64,000 nucleotides of DNA from an uncultured Clostridia bacterium (GTDB lineage Bacteria > Bacillota > Clostridia > TANB77 > CAG-508): positions 928-64,927 of the forward strand of contig CALXPW010000005.1 of assembly GCA_944390365.1 (NCBI GenBank), in the 5' to 3' direction. Within the stretch, counting starts at the first letter, position 1, and every line of letters starts with the position of its first letter. The position numbers were made by a program, and so were the translations under genes. Shown piece by piece: positions 1 to 9,044 of the stretch. The notes under the pieces are model-generated. The model saw only the letters and a program-made list of their open reading frames with translations. It was not told the DNA's origin and ran no database searches.

Positions 1-104
1 AGGTTTTAGATTGTAAACCGGGGGACATATTGGATTATGAAAAGTAACTAAGAAAAGGGAACAGTCCTCAATTTCTAAATTAAAAAAGAAAGGAATGTAA
101 TACC

Positions 105-2183
105 ATGGAAATTATAAGTAGTACTATACTTGCCATAATACAATCAATTTTGTTTTATGGTAAAGAGATAGGAATTTCAATGTTAATATTTTCTATTATA
201 GGAAATGGCTTAATAAGCTACATCCTTATTAGAAAAAACAGAATAAAGAACAAAAAAGGATTTTTCTTGATATTACCAATAATATTATTAAGTAGTACAT
301 ATTTTATTTTTGCAAATACAACATTTTATATAGCTAATATTTTTATAATAATAATATTAAACCTAATGATGTATGCAATAGCAATAACACCAAAAAACTA
401 TTTGAGAGGTTATATAGTCAATTCATTTGAATTGCTAAAAAATGCAATTACAGGTTGCAAAGAAGGGATAGATTACACAAAAGAGAAATCAAAAGAAAAT
501 ATAAAAATTCAGAATAAAATAGAAAAAGATAATGTTAAAAAAATAGCTATTTCGCTATTGATAGTATTTGCAGTTGTAGGAGTTGTTATAGGTCTATTTA
601 TTTCTGCAGATAGCATATTTGCAAATATATTTGAAAATATTGCAAATGTATTTAAGAATATAAACATAAGTAGTACATTAAAATTTGTAATAAGACTAGT
701 ACTAATAGTTGTTGCGTATATTCTAATTTTAAGTTTTATTCTAAAACTAAACAAAGAATATAATTATCAAGCAAAAGAACTAAAAACTAACAACAATAAA
801 TATGCTTTTACAATAAAACTACTTTTAATAGCACTAAATATAGTATACTTAGTATTCTGTTTTATTCAAATAGAATCACTATTTGCAAAAATAAATATTG
901 ATACAGATTTTAATTATGCAAGCTATGCAAGAACAGGATTTTTCCAACTTATGTTTGTTTCATTTATAAATTTTGCAGTTATATTATTATCAAACAAATT
1001 TAATGAAAACAAAGAGAAAAGCATAAAAATACTAAATCTATTTTTAGTAATATTTACAATAATTATAGCTATATCATCAATGTATAGAATGTATATGTAT
1101 CAAATGGAATTTGGGTTAACTTACCTAAGGATGTTCGCATACATTATACTAATTACCGAAATATTAACTTTTGTACCAATAACAATCTATATTTTTTACG
1201 AGAAATTCGACTTTATGAAATGTAGCTTTGTTATATGGATATGCATTTATTGTGCAATTAACTTTATAAATATAGAAAAAATAATAGTAGATACAAATGT
1301 AAACAGAGCTTCTAGTACAAGAGGTATAGATTATGAATACATTTGTAGCATCGCAAGTGAAGACAGTTTTGATATATTAGAGGCAGAACTACAAAAGGAT
1401 AATTTGAATGCATTAGATGAATTAAGACTAACTAGAACATTGCTAACGCTTGCAAATGAATCAAGAGAAATGGATTGGCAAGAATTTAATATATCAAAAT
1501 GGAGAGTAAATGAGAAGAATGTTAATATTGATTTGTTAGAAAAAGAAATAGGAGATTTAGATGATGATGCTAAGGAAGAAGAACTTAGACAAAGAAGAGA
1601 GGCAGAAGAAGAGGCTGAAAGGGCAAGAGAAGAAGAAAAATCTAGCAGACTTGCTAAAGAAAAATTAGAAATTTCAGAAGATTCTATAAAATGTGTGTAT
1701 AAAAATATCATAAGCGAGAATGAAGCATATGTAGTAGAGGTAACAGGATATTCGACAGGAACTGAACAATGGACTATTGGAAAAATTACTGATAATGGTA
1801 CAAAATACAAAGAAATGAATTCATTTGCTATTGCTCCAACTAGTGAAATAGAATTCTTTGAAGGTGGATTAGGATTTTTAGAAAAATCAGATAGTATTTA
1901 TTCTGCAAGTTCTGATTTGTTAGTAACACGTGACTCTGGTAAAACGTTTGATAAAATAGAATTCCCAGAAGGAGAGTTTACCCTATCAGATCCAGAGGGA
2001 AAAGCTTGGGAAGAATGTTATGACTATTTTTATTTACCAACTAGAGAAAAAGATGGCACCTTAACAGTATTAGTTTCAGGTGGATATGAAGGTGGATACA
2101 ATGGTGGCAAGACACGCGCTAAATATGTTTCAAAAGATGATGGCTACACTTGGGAGTTTGTAGGAGAAGTATGGAAAGAGTAG
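105..2183 (+). CDS. Polytopic membrane protein (DUF4153/DUF4173-like N-terminal half) with charged linker and C-terminal extracytoplasmic domain bearing two BNR/Asp-box-like motifs
   Basis: 692-aa ORF. Many hydrophobic segments in the first ~400 aa, including 'YARTGFFQLMF'. E/R/K-rich linker. 'TRDSGKTF' and 'SKDDGYTW' fit SxDxGxTW. Confidence 0.5.
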   Translation: MEIISSTILAIIQSILFYGKEIGISMLIFSIIGNGLISYILIRKNRIKNKKGFFLILPIILLSSTYFIFANTTFYIANIFIIIILNLMMYAIAITPKNYLRGYIVNSFELLKNAITGCKEGIDYTKEKSKENIKIQNKIEKDNVKKIAISLLIVFAVVGVVIGLFISADSIFANIFENIANVFKNINISSTLKFVIRLVLIVVAYILILSFILKLNKEYNYQAKELKTNNNKYAFTIKLLLIALNIVYLVFCFIQIESLFAKINIDTDFNYASYARTGFFQLMFVSFINFAVILLSNKFNENKEKSIKILNLFLVIFTIIIAISSMYRMYMYQMEFGLTYLRMFAYIILITEILTFVPITIYIFYEKFDFMKCSFVIWICIYCAINFINIEKIIVDTNVNRASSTRGIDYEYICSIASEDSFDILEAELQKDNLNALDELRLTRTLLTLANESREMDWQEFNISKWRVNEKNVNIDLLEKEIGDLDDDAKEEELRQRREAEEEAERAREEEKSSRLAKEKLEISEDSIKCVYKNIISENEAYVVEVTGYSTGTEQWTIGKITDNGTKYKEMNSFAIAPTSEIEFFEGGLGFLEKSDSIYSASSDLLVTRDSGKTFDKIEFPEGEFTLSDPEGKAWEECYDYFYLPTREKDGTLTVLVSGGYEGGYNGGKTRAKYVSKDDGYTWEFVGEVWKE

Positions 2184-2253
2184 AAAAAATCCAACAAAAG
2201 CTTAAGTTAAAAGTGTCTAAATAGTAGATTAGAAAATAAGGGGAGGAATTGTT

Positions 2254-3528
2254 ATGAAGAGAAGTACAAAAGTTATTATATTTATAATTGTTTTATTAGT
2301 TGTTATAGGTGCTTTTGCATTTTATTTACTTACACAATACAATAAATACACTTTAACAATAATGGAAATAAATGGAGACAATATTATGGCAAAAGGACCA
2401 ATAGCACTTAAATATACTTTCAATGCAGATGACGAAGTAGTTAAAAATGTTAATGGTGAAGAAATAGATGCTACCAAATTGAAAGTAGGAGATATGGTGA
2501 TTGTTGATAGTTATGCTTACTGTATTAGTACAGTAACAAAAATCGACAATAATGGAATTACCATTGATGTGCCAAATTACTTTGGATTTTCAGTAGGAAA
2601 CGCCAAAATTAAAGATGTAAACGGAAACAACATTACTGTTTCTAATTTAGTAGAGGGGAATATTATTGAAGTAATATCTAAAAAAGATAACCCAATAAGA
2701 AAACCAGATGTAGCATATTATCCTAATTACATACCTAATGTAAAACAAATAAAAGTAATAAAAGAAGAAAACAATATGTTATTGAGTCTACGTGGCGTGG
2801 TAATGGAAGTTTATGAAAATAGTTTAAGTGTAATGGGGATAGAAGCTGGTAATGAACCGGGTACTCTATATAGCGTGAGCTTTGCCGAAGACGGAAATAT
2901 TGGATTTAAACAAGGTCAAGAAGTGCTAATATACTTTGATGGGATGATTTTGACAACATATCCAGAACAAATACATAATGTCGGAAAAATAGAAATTGTA
3001 TCGGAACAAAGCGAGGTTGAAATACCGGACGATGTAACAAGATATTATAATAATACACAAGATAAGGTAGATGTAAATGTAACAGATTTAACTACAGAAG
3101 GAGTTACTATAACAATAACTGACACAAACGAATTACCTTATGAATACACAAACGATTATAAACTAGAAAAAGAAGTAAAAAATGAGGAATATACAGGGCA
3201 AGGACAATATATCGGAGAAGCAACAGACAACTCTGTTCCGGGCTACACTGGAACTGGATTAGAATATATTTGGGAAGAAATGAATAAGAATCCAGATGTT
3301 AATATAGAAGATACCATAGAAGATTTAGTATTTAATTTACCAAATATGACAGAATATGAGCATTATACTGTAATAGGAAAGAAAATTTATTGGACAAATT
3401 TATATGGAGAGCTTACAGACGGGAAATACAGACTAATATTTTCTGGTAAGGGCTCATTTCCGATTTTAATAGAGTTTTCTGTAAATAATGGAGAGGCAAA
3501 GATGATAAGCAAGGAATTGGGAATGTAA
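2254..3528 (+). CDS. Membrane-anchored/secreted protein of unknown function; paralog of 41398..42271
   Basis: 424-aa ORF, RBS GGGGAGG, N-terminal TM/signal anchor. The C-terminal ~230 aa align colinearly with the 41398 ORF ('GQEVLIYFDG..TYPEQ..GKIEIV..EIPDD', 'ELPYEY', 'GYTGTG.EY.W'). Confidence 0.6.
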   Translation: MKRSTKVIIFIIVLLVVIGAFAFYLLTQYNKYTLTIMEINGDNIMAKGPIALKYTFNADDEVVKNVNGEEIDATKLKVGDMVIVDSYAYCISTVTKIDNNGITIDVPNYFGFSVGNAKIKDVNGNNITVSNLVEGNIIEVISKKDNPIRKPDVAYYPNYIPNVKQIKVIKEENNMLLSLRGVVMEVYENSLSVMGIEAGNEPGTLYSVSFAEDGNIGFKQGQEVLIYFDGMILTTYPEQIHNVGKIEIVSEQSEVEIPDDVTRYYNNTQDKVDVNVTDLTTEGVTITITDTNELPYEYTNDYKLEKEVKNEEYTGQGQYIGEATDNSVPGYTGTGLEYIWEEMNKNPDVNIEDTIEDLVFNLPNMTEYEHYTVIGKKIYWTNLYGELTDGKYRLIFSGKGSFPILIEFSVNNGEAKMISKELGM

Positions 3529-3561
3529 ATAGAATTTATAGGTAAGCATTAGATATTTAAA

Positions 3562-3590
3562 GGATAGAAACATAGATTTCTATCCTTTTT
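3562..3590 (+). terminator. Rho-independent terminator
   Basis: GGATAGAAA / TTTCTATCC stem followed by a T5 tract. Confidence 0.7.
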
Positions 3591-3622
3591 GTGCATAAAG
3601 AATTAAATTGTAATAGTATAAA

Positions 3623-4042
3623 ATGTCGAAATTTGGCATACGAAAAAGAATCTTGACAGATTATATGGAGGTAGATATAATAGAGATACCAAAAATATAT
3701 GAGTTAAAAAATACAGATAAATATAGTAAAGCAATAGAATGGTTATATTTTTTGGAAAATCCTGAATCAGAAAGGGTGAAAAGTATAATGAAAGAAAACG
3801 AGGGAATACAAGAAGCAAGAGAAAAGTTAGAAGAAATAAGTAATGACGAAATAATGCAAAGATTAGCAGATTGGCAAGAATCAGCAGAACACGAAGAAGC
3901 AGCTGTGCGCAATATGGGCTATAGAGAAGGAAAAGAAGAAAGCAAAATAGAGATAGCAAAGAAAATGAAAGAAAAGAATATAGATATTAGCACAATAGTA
4001 GAATTAACAGGGCTAACTGAGGAACAAATTAAAGTAATATAA
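3623..4042 (+). pseudogene. C-terminal remnant of an Rpn/YhgA-like PD-(D/E)XK recombination-promoting nuclease (putative transposase family)
   Basis: 139 aa, resembling only the C-terminal part of the ~300-aa family ('IIEIPKI..', 'AIEWLYFL', EE-rich tail ending 'I..LTGL..EQI'). The nuclease domain is absent. Flanked by an 18-20 nt direct repeat. Confidence 0.55.
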
Positions 4043-4173
4043 AACTATAACGAAAAAACAAATGTATAATTATAGTGTAGAACTATATTTTATGCACTTG
4101 TTTTTTTGTGCATAATAAGAATAACATAAATTTGAACTCTGATAAAATAACCAAAAAAATTTTCAAAAACATA

Positions 4174-4204
4174 TTGACTTAGAGCGAACTCTAGGTGTTA
4201 TATA
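4174..4204 (+). promoter_or_regulatory. MerR-type promoter: TTGACT - 19 nt spacer containing palindrome TAGAG-cgaa-CTCTA - TATATA
   Basis: The -35 at 4174..4179 and the -10 at 4199..4204 are separated by 19 nt, the over-long spacer typical of MerR-activated promoters. The dyad is centred in the spacer. Confidence 0.55.
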
Positions 4205-4304
4205 ATAGATGTATTAAAATCTCTTCTATAATATAATCAACAAAGAAAAAAGTAAAAACAATATAAGATATATAGAACTGAAAAAAGCAAGGAAGTGATG
4301 AAAA

Positions 4305-4688
4305 ATGACAATATCAGAAGTTAGCAAAAAATACAACTTAACACAGGACACAATAAGATACTACGAAAAAATCGGACTTTTGCCAAAAGTGCCTAGAAGC
4401 AAAAACGGAATAAGAGATTTTGACGAAGAAGCGTGCAACTGGATAGAGTTTATAAAATGTATGAGAAATGCTGGAATGGAAATCGAAATACTAATTAAAT
4501 ATGTTAATTTATTTAGACAAGGTGAAAGTACTGTAAAAGAAAGACGACAATTACTTGAAGAACAAAAATCAAAGCTTTTAGAGAAACAAAAAAGCATTAA
4601 CGAAACATTGGATAGACTAAATTATAAAATAAAACTATATGATGAAATCGAAGCAGGAACTAGAAAAGATTTTACAGAAAAGATATAA
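4305..4688 (+). CDS. MerR family transcriptional regulator
   Basis: N-terminal 'ISEVSKKYNLTQDTIRYYEKIGLLP' winged-HTH signature followed by a C-terminal coiled coil. Confidence 0.85.
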   Translation: MTISEVSKKYNLTQDTIRYYEKIGLLPKVPRSKNGIRDFDEEACNWIEFIKCMRNAGMEIEILIKYVNLFRQGESTVKERRQLLEEQKSKLLEKQKSINETLDRLNYKIKLYDEIEAGTRKDFTEKI

Positions 4689-4771
4689 AACCTAAAATTT
4701 AGGCTATTATATTATTAGTTTATAATTATTTATTATAATAAAGATAAATTAAAGAGAAAGGAAGATGTATT

Positions 4772-5656
4772 ATGGAAAAGTCTAAAGTATATTTTACTAA
4801 AGAAATAACACCAGAGAGTGTTGTAAAAATGTATGAAACATTAGGAGTTAAACTACCTGGAAAGGTGGCAGTTAAGTTACATTCAGGGGAGCAAGGAAAC
4901 CAAAACTATATTAGACCAGAGTTTGTTAAAGCTATTGTAGAAAAGGTTAATGGTACAGTTGTAGAATGTAATACTGCTTATGATGGAGCAAGAAATTATA
5001 CAGATAAACACAAAAAGCTAATGGAAGACCATGGATGGACAAAATATTTTGATGTGGATATTATGGATGCAGAAGGACCAGATTTAGTATTAGACATACC
5101 AAATGGAAAAATATTGAAAGAGAATTTTGTTGGAAAAGATATGGCAAAATATGATTCAATGCTTGTACTATCACACTTTAAAGGACATCCAATGGGTGGA
5201 TACGGTGGAGCATTAAAACAATTATCAATTGGTTGTGCGTCATCAGAGGGAAAATCTTGGATACATTCTGCAGGACAATCTAAAGATCAAACTAAAATAT
5301 GGGGAAACTTGCCAGAACAAGACAGATTCTTAGAGTCAATGGCAGACGCAGCATCAAGTGTAGTTAAACATTTCGGAAAGAACATTGTATTTATAAATGT
5401 AATGGTTAATTTATCTGTTGATTGCGATTGTTGTGCAGTCGCAGAAGACCCTTGTATGAAAGACATTGGTATTTTAGCAAGTACAGACCCAATAGCTATA
5501 GATCAAGCTTGTATAGATTTAGTATATAATTCAAAAGACCCAGGCAGAGACCATTTTGTAGCTAGAGTAGAAAGACAACATGGTATTCATACTATAGAAG
5601 CAGCTGCTGAGCTTGGATTTGGTACAAGAGAATATGAACTTATAAAAATAGACTAA
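4772..5656 (+). CDS. DUF362 domain-containing protein
   Basis: 294 aa. 'LSHFKGHPMGGYGGALKQLSIG' and a 'VDCDCC' cysteine cluster are typical of DUF362. Ends 25 nt before larC. Confidence 0.65.
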   Translation: MEKSKVYFTKEITPESVVKMYETLGVKLPGKVAVKLHSGEQGNQNYIRPEFVKAIVEKVNGTVVECNTAYDGARNYTDKHKKLMEDHGWTKYFDVDIMDAEGPDLVLDIPNGKILKENFVGKDMAKYDSMLVLSHFKGHPMGGYGGALKQLSIGCASSEGKSWIHSAGQSKDQTKIWGNLPEQDRFLESMADAASSVVKHFGKNIVFINVMVNLSVDCDCCAVAEDPCMKDIGILASTDPIAIDQACIDLVYNSKDPGRDHFVARVERQHGIHTIEAAAELGFGTREYELIKID

Positions 5657-5681
5657 AAAATAGGTAAGGAGCTTTGTATAT

Positions 5682-6902
5682 ATGAAAACATTATATTTCG
5701 ATTGCTCAAGTGGAATTAGTGGAAATATGACACTTGGAGCATTACTAGAAATTGTTGGAGATGACAATTATCTATTACAAGAACTAAAAAAATTAAATGT
5801 AGATGGATATAAAATAGAAATATCGAATAAAGTAAAAAATGGAATTACAGGGAAGTATGTTGATGTAATATTAGACGACGAGCATCATCACGAGCACGAG
5901 CATGAGCATATTCATGAACATAGTCACGAGCACGAACATGAGCACGAACATCACCATAGCCACAGAAACTTAAATGATGTAAATGAAATAATAGACAAAA
6001 GTTCAATAGATGAAAAATCTAAAGACTTGGCTAAAAGAATATTCTTAAGAGTTGCAAAGGCTGAATCGAAAGTGCACAATAAGCCACTAGAAGAAGTGCA
6101 TTTCCACGAAGTAGGTGCAATAGACTCAATAGTAGATATAGTCGGAACAGCAATCTTAATAAATAAAATAAATCCAGACAAAATTTTATCTAGTGTGGTT
6201 AATGATGGATACGGATTTATAGAATGTGCACACGGAACAATGGCAGTACCAGTACCTGCTACAACTGAAATATTTGCAAATTCTAATGTGAAATTCAGAC
6301 AAATAGATGTAGACACAGAACTTGTAACACCAACAGGTGCAGCAATAATAGCAGAACTTGCAGAAGACTTTACTACACTACCAGCAATGGTAACAAGAAA
6401 GATTGGCTGGGGTGCAGGATATAAAGACTTGAAAATACCAAATGTGCTTAAAGTATATTATGGAGATATGGACAAGCCAAACGAAAATTTTGTAGTAATG
6501 GAAACAAACATAGATGACTGTAGTGGAGAAATATTAGGTCACACAGAAGAACTACTATTTAAAGCTGGAGCATTAGATGTATTCTTTACACCAATCTTTA
6601 TGAAAAAGAATAGACCTGCATATAGAATGACAGTTGCATGCAGAAAAGAAGATATGTTAAATTTGCAAAAAATAATATTTAGAGAAACTACAACAATAGG
6701 AATAAGATATAGAACAGAATTTAGAACAGAACTTGAAAGAGAAAACACAGAGGTAGATACAAAATACGGCAAAATTAAAGTTAAGAAAGTAGAAAACAAT
6801 GGAGAAACTTATATATATCCTGAATATGAAAGTTTGAAAGAAGTTGCAAGTAAGAATAATGTTCCTTTAAAAGAGTTGTATAAGTTAGAAGAATTGAATT
6901 AA
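5682..6902 (+). CDS. larC: Nickel-pincer cofactor biosynthesis protein LarC (nickel insertion, DUF111 family), single unsplit ORF
   Basis: 'LYFDCSSGISGNMTLGALLE' N-terminus. His/Glu-rich tract 'HHHEHEHEHIHEHSHEHEHEHEHHHSH'. 'FHEVGAIDSIVDIVG'. Confidence 0.9.
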   Translation: MKTLYFDCSSGISGNMTLGALLEIVGDDNYLLQELKKLNVDGYKIEISNKVKNGITGKYVDVILDDEHHHEHEHEHIHEHSHEHEHEHEHHHSHRNLNDVNEIIDKSSIDEKSKDLAKRIFLRVAKAESKVHNKPLEEVHFHEVGAIDSIVDIVGTAILINKINPDKILSSVVNDGYGFIECAHGTMAVPVPATTEIFANSNVKFRQIDVDTELVTPTGAAIIAELAEDFTTLPAMVTRKIGWGAGYKDLKIPNVLKVYYGDMDKPNENFVVMETNIDDCSGEILGHTEELLFKAGALDVFFTPIFMKKNRPAYRMTVACRKEDMLNLQKIIFRETTTIGIRYRTEFRTELERENTEVDTKYGKIKVKKVENNGETYIYPEYESLKEVASKNNVPLKELYKLEELN

Positions 6903-6927
6903 GAAATTTTTTAACAGTTAATGCATA

Positions 6928-7067
6928 GAGATAAATAATCTATTTTTTATTTTTATTTCCGACCCACAACAGCGTACAAAATGTAAAACTTTGTTTAACA
7001 TTTTGTAAACTTGTTGGTCCCCACCTTAAGTCGTAAATTAAAAATAAAAAAATAGATTATTTATCTC
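6928..7067. repeat. ~140-nt imperfect palindrome filling the larC-larB spacer
   Basis: Outer arms are GAGATAAATAATCTATTTTTTATTTTTA / its complement with a 1-nt indel. Inner arm pairs are ACAAAATGT.AAAC and CCAACAAG/CTTGTTGG. Confidence 0.8.
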
Positions 7068-7118
7068 AGAATATAGCAGAATATAACAAAATATAGCAAA
7101 TCAAAGGAGTTTTAACCA

Positions 7119-7970
7119 ATGGAAATTAAAGAAATTTTACAAGAGTTACGCGAAAATAAAATTAGTGTAGAGGAAGCAGAAAAGGAAATAAAGAATAATC
7201 AGTTTGAAAGTATTGATGACTATGCTAAAATTGACCATAATAGAAAAGAAAGAGCAGGCGCTTCCGAAGTTGTTTTTTGCCAAGGCAAGAAAGATGAATT
7301 TTTAGTAAATATATTTAAAAGCATATATAATGAAGCAGGAGAAGTGCTTGGAACAAGAGCAAGCAAAGAACAGTATGAACTAGTAAAGAAAGCTTTTTCG
7401 GAATTGAACTCTTTGAAAGGAAATGGCTTACAAGAAAATAGCTCAAAAGTAGATGGCTTAAAAACAGGTAATGATGGTAAAAATTTAAATGTTAGTGGCA
7501 TAGAAGTAAAATATAGTGAGATTTCTAGAATTCTAAAAATAGAGAAGAACAAAGAAAAAATAGGTAATATTGCTATATGCACTGGTGGAACTGCAGATAT
7601 ACCTGTTACAGAAGAGGCAGCCGAAACAGCAGAGTTCTTTGGCAATTATGTGGAAAGAATATATGATGTTGGTGTGGCTGGAATTCATAGAATTTTGTCA
7701 CAAAGAGATAAGCTAGAAAAAGCAAATTGCATAATTGTAATTGCAGGAATGGAGGGAGCATTAGCCTCTGTAGTTGGTGGTATGTCAAAAGTTCCTGTAA
7801 TTGCAGTTCCAACTTCTGTTGGATATGGTGCAAATTTCGGAGGCTTAGCAGCACTCTTAAGTATGATAAATTCGTGTAGTAATTGCATTAGTGTAGTTAA
7901 TATAGACAATGGATATGGAGCTGGATATATTGCAAGTCAAATAAATAGATTGGCGTGTGGTAAAAAGTAA
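7119..7970 (+). CDS. larB: Nickel-pincer cofactor biosynthesis protein LarB (PurE-like carboxylase/hydrolase)
   Basis: C-terminal 'IAICTGGTADIPV..E', 'VIAGMEGALASVVGG', 'PVIAVPTSVGYG' PurE-like motifs. RBS AAAGGAG. Confidence 0.85.
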   Translation: MEIKEILQELRENKISVEEAEKEIKNNQFESIDDYAKIDHNRKERAGASEVVFCQGKKDEFLVNIFKSIYNEAGEVLGTRASKEQYELVKKAFSELNSLKGNGLQENSSKVDGLKTGNDGKNLNVSGIEVKYSEISRILKIEKNKEKIGNIAICTGGTADIPVTEEAAETAEFFGNYVERIYDVGVAGIHRILSQRDKLEKANCIIVIAGMEGALASVVGGMSKVPVIAVPTSVGYGANFGGLAALLSMINSCSNCISVVNIDNGYGAGYIASQINRLACGKK

Positions 7971-7983
7971 TGTTTTATCTCAT

Positions 7984-8164
7984 GAGTACTGTTCAAAAAA
8001 AGTATTTCAAATATGTCGGTCCAGATGATTTTCGTAGAAATTCTATGAGAAATTTTGGCAGCGCCCTCAAAGGAATTTGAGATTCCCTACCAAAATTTTC
8101 TTAGAATTTCTTCACTCAAATCACTCTCCATTCCATATTTTTATACTTTTTTTGAACAGTACTC
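7984..8164. repeat. ~180-nt imperfect palindrome filling the larB-larE spacer
   Basis: Perfect 22-nt outer arms GAGTACTGTTCAAAAAAAGTAT / ATACTTTTTTTGAACAGTACTC. Inner imperfect arms are (AGAAATTCTATGAGAAATTTTGG / CCAAAATTTTCTTAGAATTTCT). Confidence 0.85.
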
Positions 8165-8221
8165 CTGGACAGAAATAAAAACAATTAGACATATAATATA
8201 AAAAAGGAGCAATTTTAAAAA

Positions 8222-8998
8222 ATGTTGGATGAGTTAGAAAATGAATTAAAAAAGCTAAAAAGGGTTGTAGTTTGCTATTCTGGTGGAATTGATTCTAGCT
8301 TTTTGCTATATTTTGCAAATAAGGTCTTAGGCAAGGAAAATGTGCTTGGAATTATTGCAAATGGACAAATGGTTGCAAGAAGTGATTATGAAGAAGCTAT
8401 TAAATTTGCCCAAGAAAACAACTTTAATTTAGCAGAAATTTCATATAATGCACTTGAAGTAGAAGACTTTAAAAACAATACTAAAAATAGATGTTATAGT
8501 TGCAAAAAGAATTTAATGACAAAAATTAAGGAAGAAGCAAATAAGCAAGGGTATATCAATGTGCTAGATGGTAAAAATGTTGATGATACAAAAGTGTTTA
8601 GACCAGGAAATAAAGCCACACAAGAATTAGGTATCATTAGCCCTTTAGAAAAAGCCGGATTTACTAAGGCAGATATTAGAAAATATAGCAAAGAATGTGG
8701 AATAAAGTTTTGGAATAAGCCTTCAAACTCTTGCCTTGCAACTAGATTCCCATATAATACAGTTTTAACAGAAGAAATGCTTAAAAAGGTTGAAATAGCA
8801 GAGGATTATATAAAACAATTTAATATAAACAGAGTTAGAGTAAGAGTTCATAATAATATTGCAAGAATTGAAGTAGAAGAAAAAAATTTCCAAATTATTA
8901 TGGATAATAGAGAAAAAATAGTAGACAAAATAAAAGAATTAGGTTTTGAATTTGTAACCCTAGATTTAGCCGGAATAAGAAGTGGAGTATTTGACTAG
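8222..8998 (+). CDS. larE: ATP-dependent sacrificial sulfur transferase LarE (PP-loop ATPase)
   Basis: 'VVCYSGGIDSSFL' PP-loop and the 'SNSCLATRFPY' motif containing the sacrificial Cys. Confidence 0.9.
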   Translation: MLDELENELKKLKRVVVCYSGGIDSSFLLYFANKVLGKENVLGIIANGQMVARSDYEEAIKFAQENNFNLAEISYNALEVEDFKNNTKNRCYSCKKNLMTKIKEEANKQGYINVLDGKNVDDTKVFRPGNKATQELGIISPLEKAGFTKADIRKYSKECGIKFWNKPSNSCLATRFPYNTVLTEEMLKKVEIAEDYIKQFNINRVRVRVHNNIARIEVEEKNFQIIMDNREKIVDKIKELGFEFVTLDLAGIRSGVFD

Positions 8999-9044
8999 AA
9001 AACTTATATAGTGAAATAAAATAATAATTAAAGAGGAGAAAACT

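Noticed and set aside
509-1810. Antisense ORFs 509..754 and 1331..1810. The same class occurs throughout the window (e.g. 3603..3959, 7220..7645, 20417..21013, 22073..22633, 27633..28052, 30518..30982, 40309..40743, 56328..56870).
   Set aside because: They lie fully inside strongly supported genes on the other strand and have low-complexity S/L/F/I-rich translations typical of the reverse complement of AT-rich coding DNA. I saw no RBS and recognised no family motifs.
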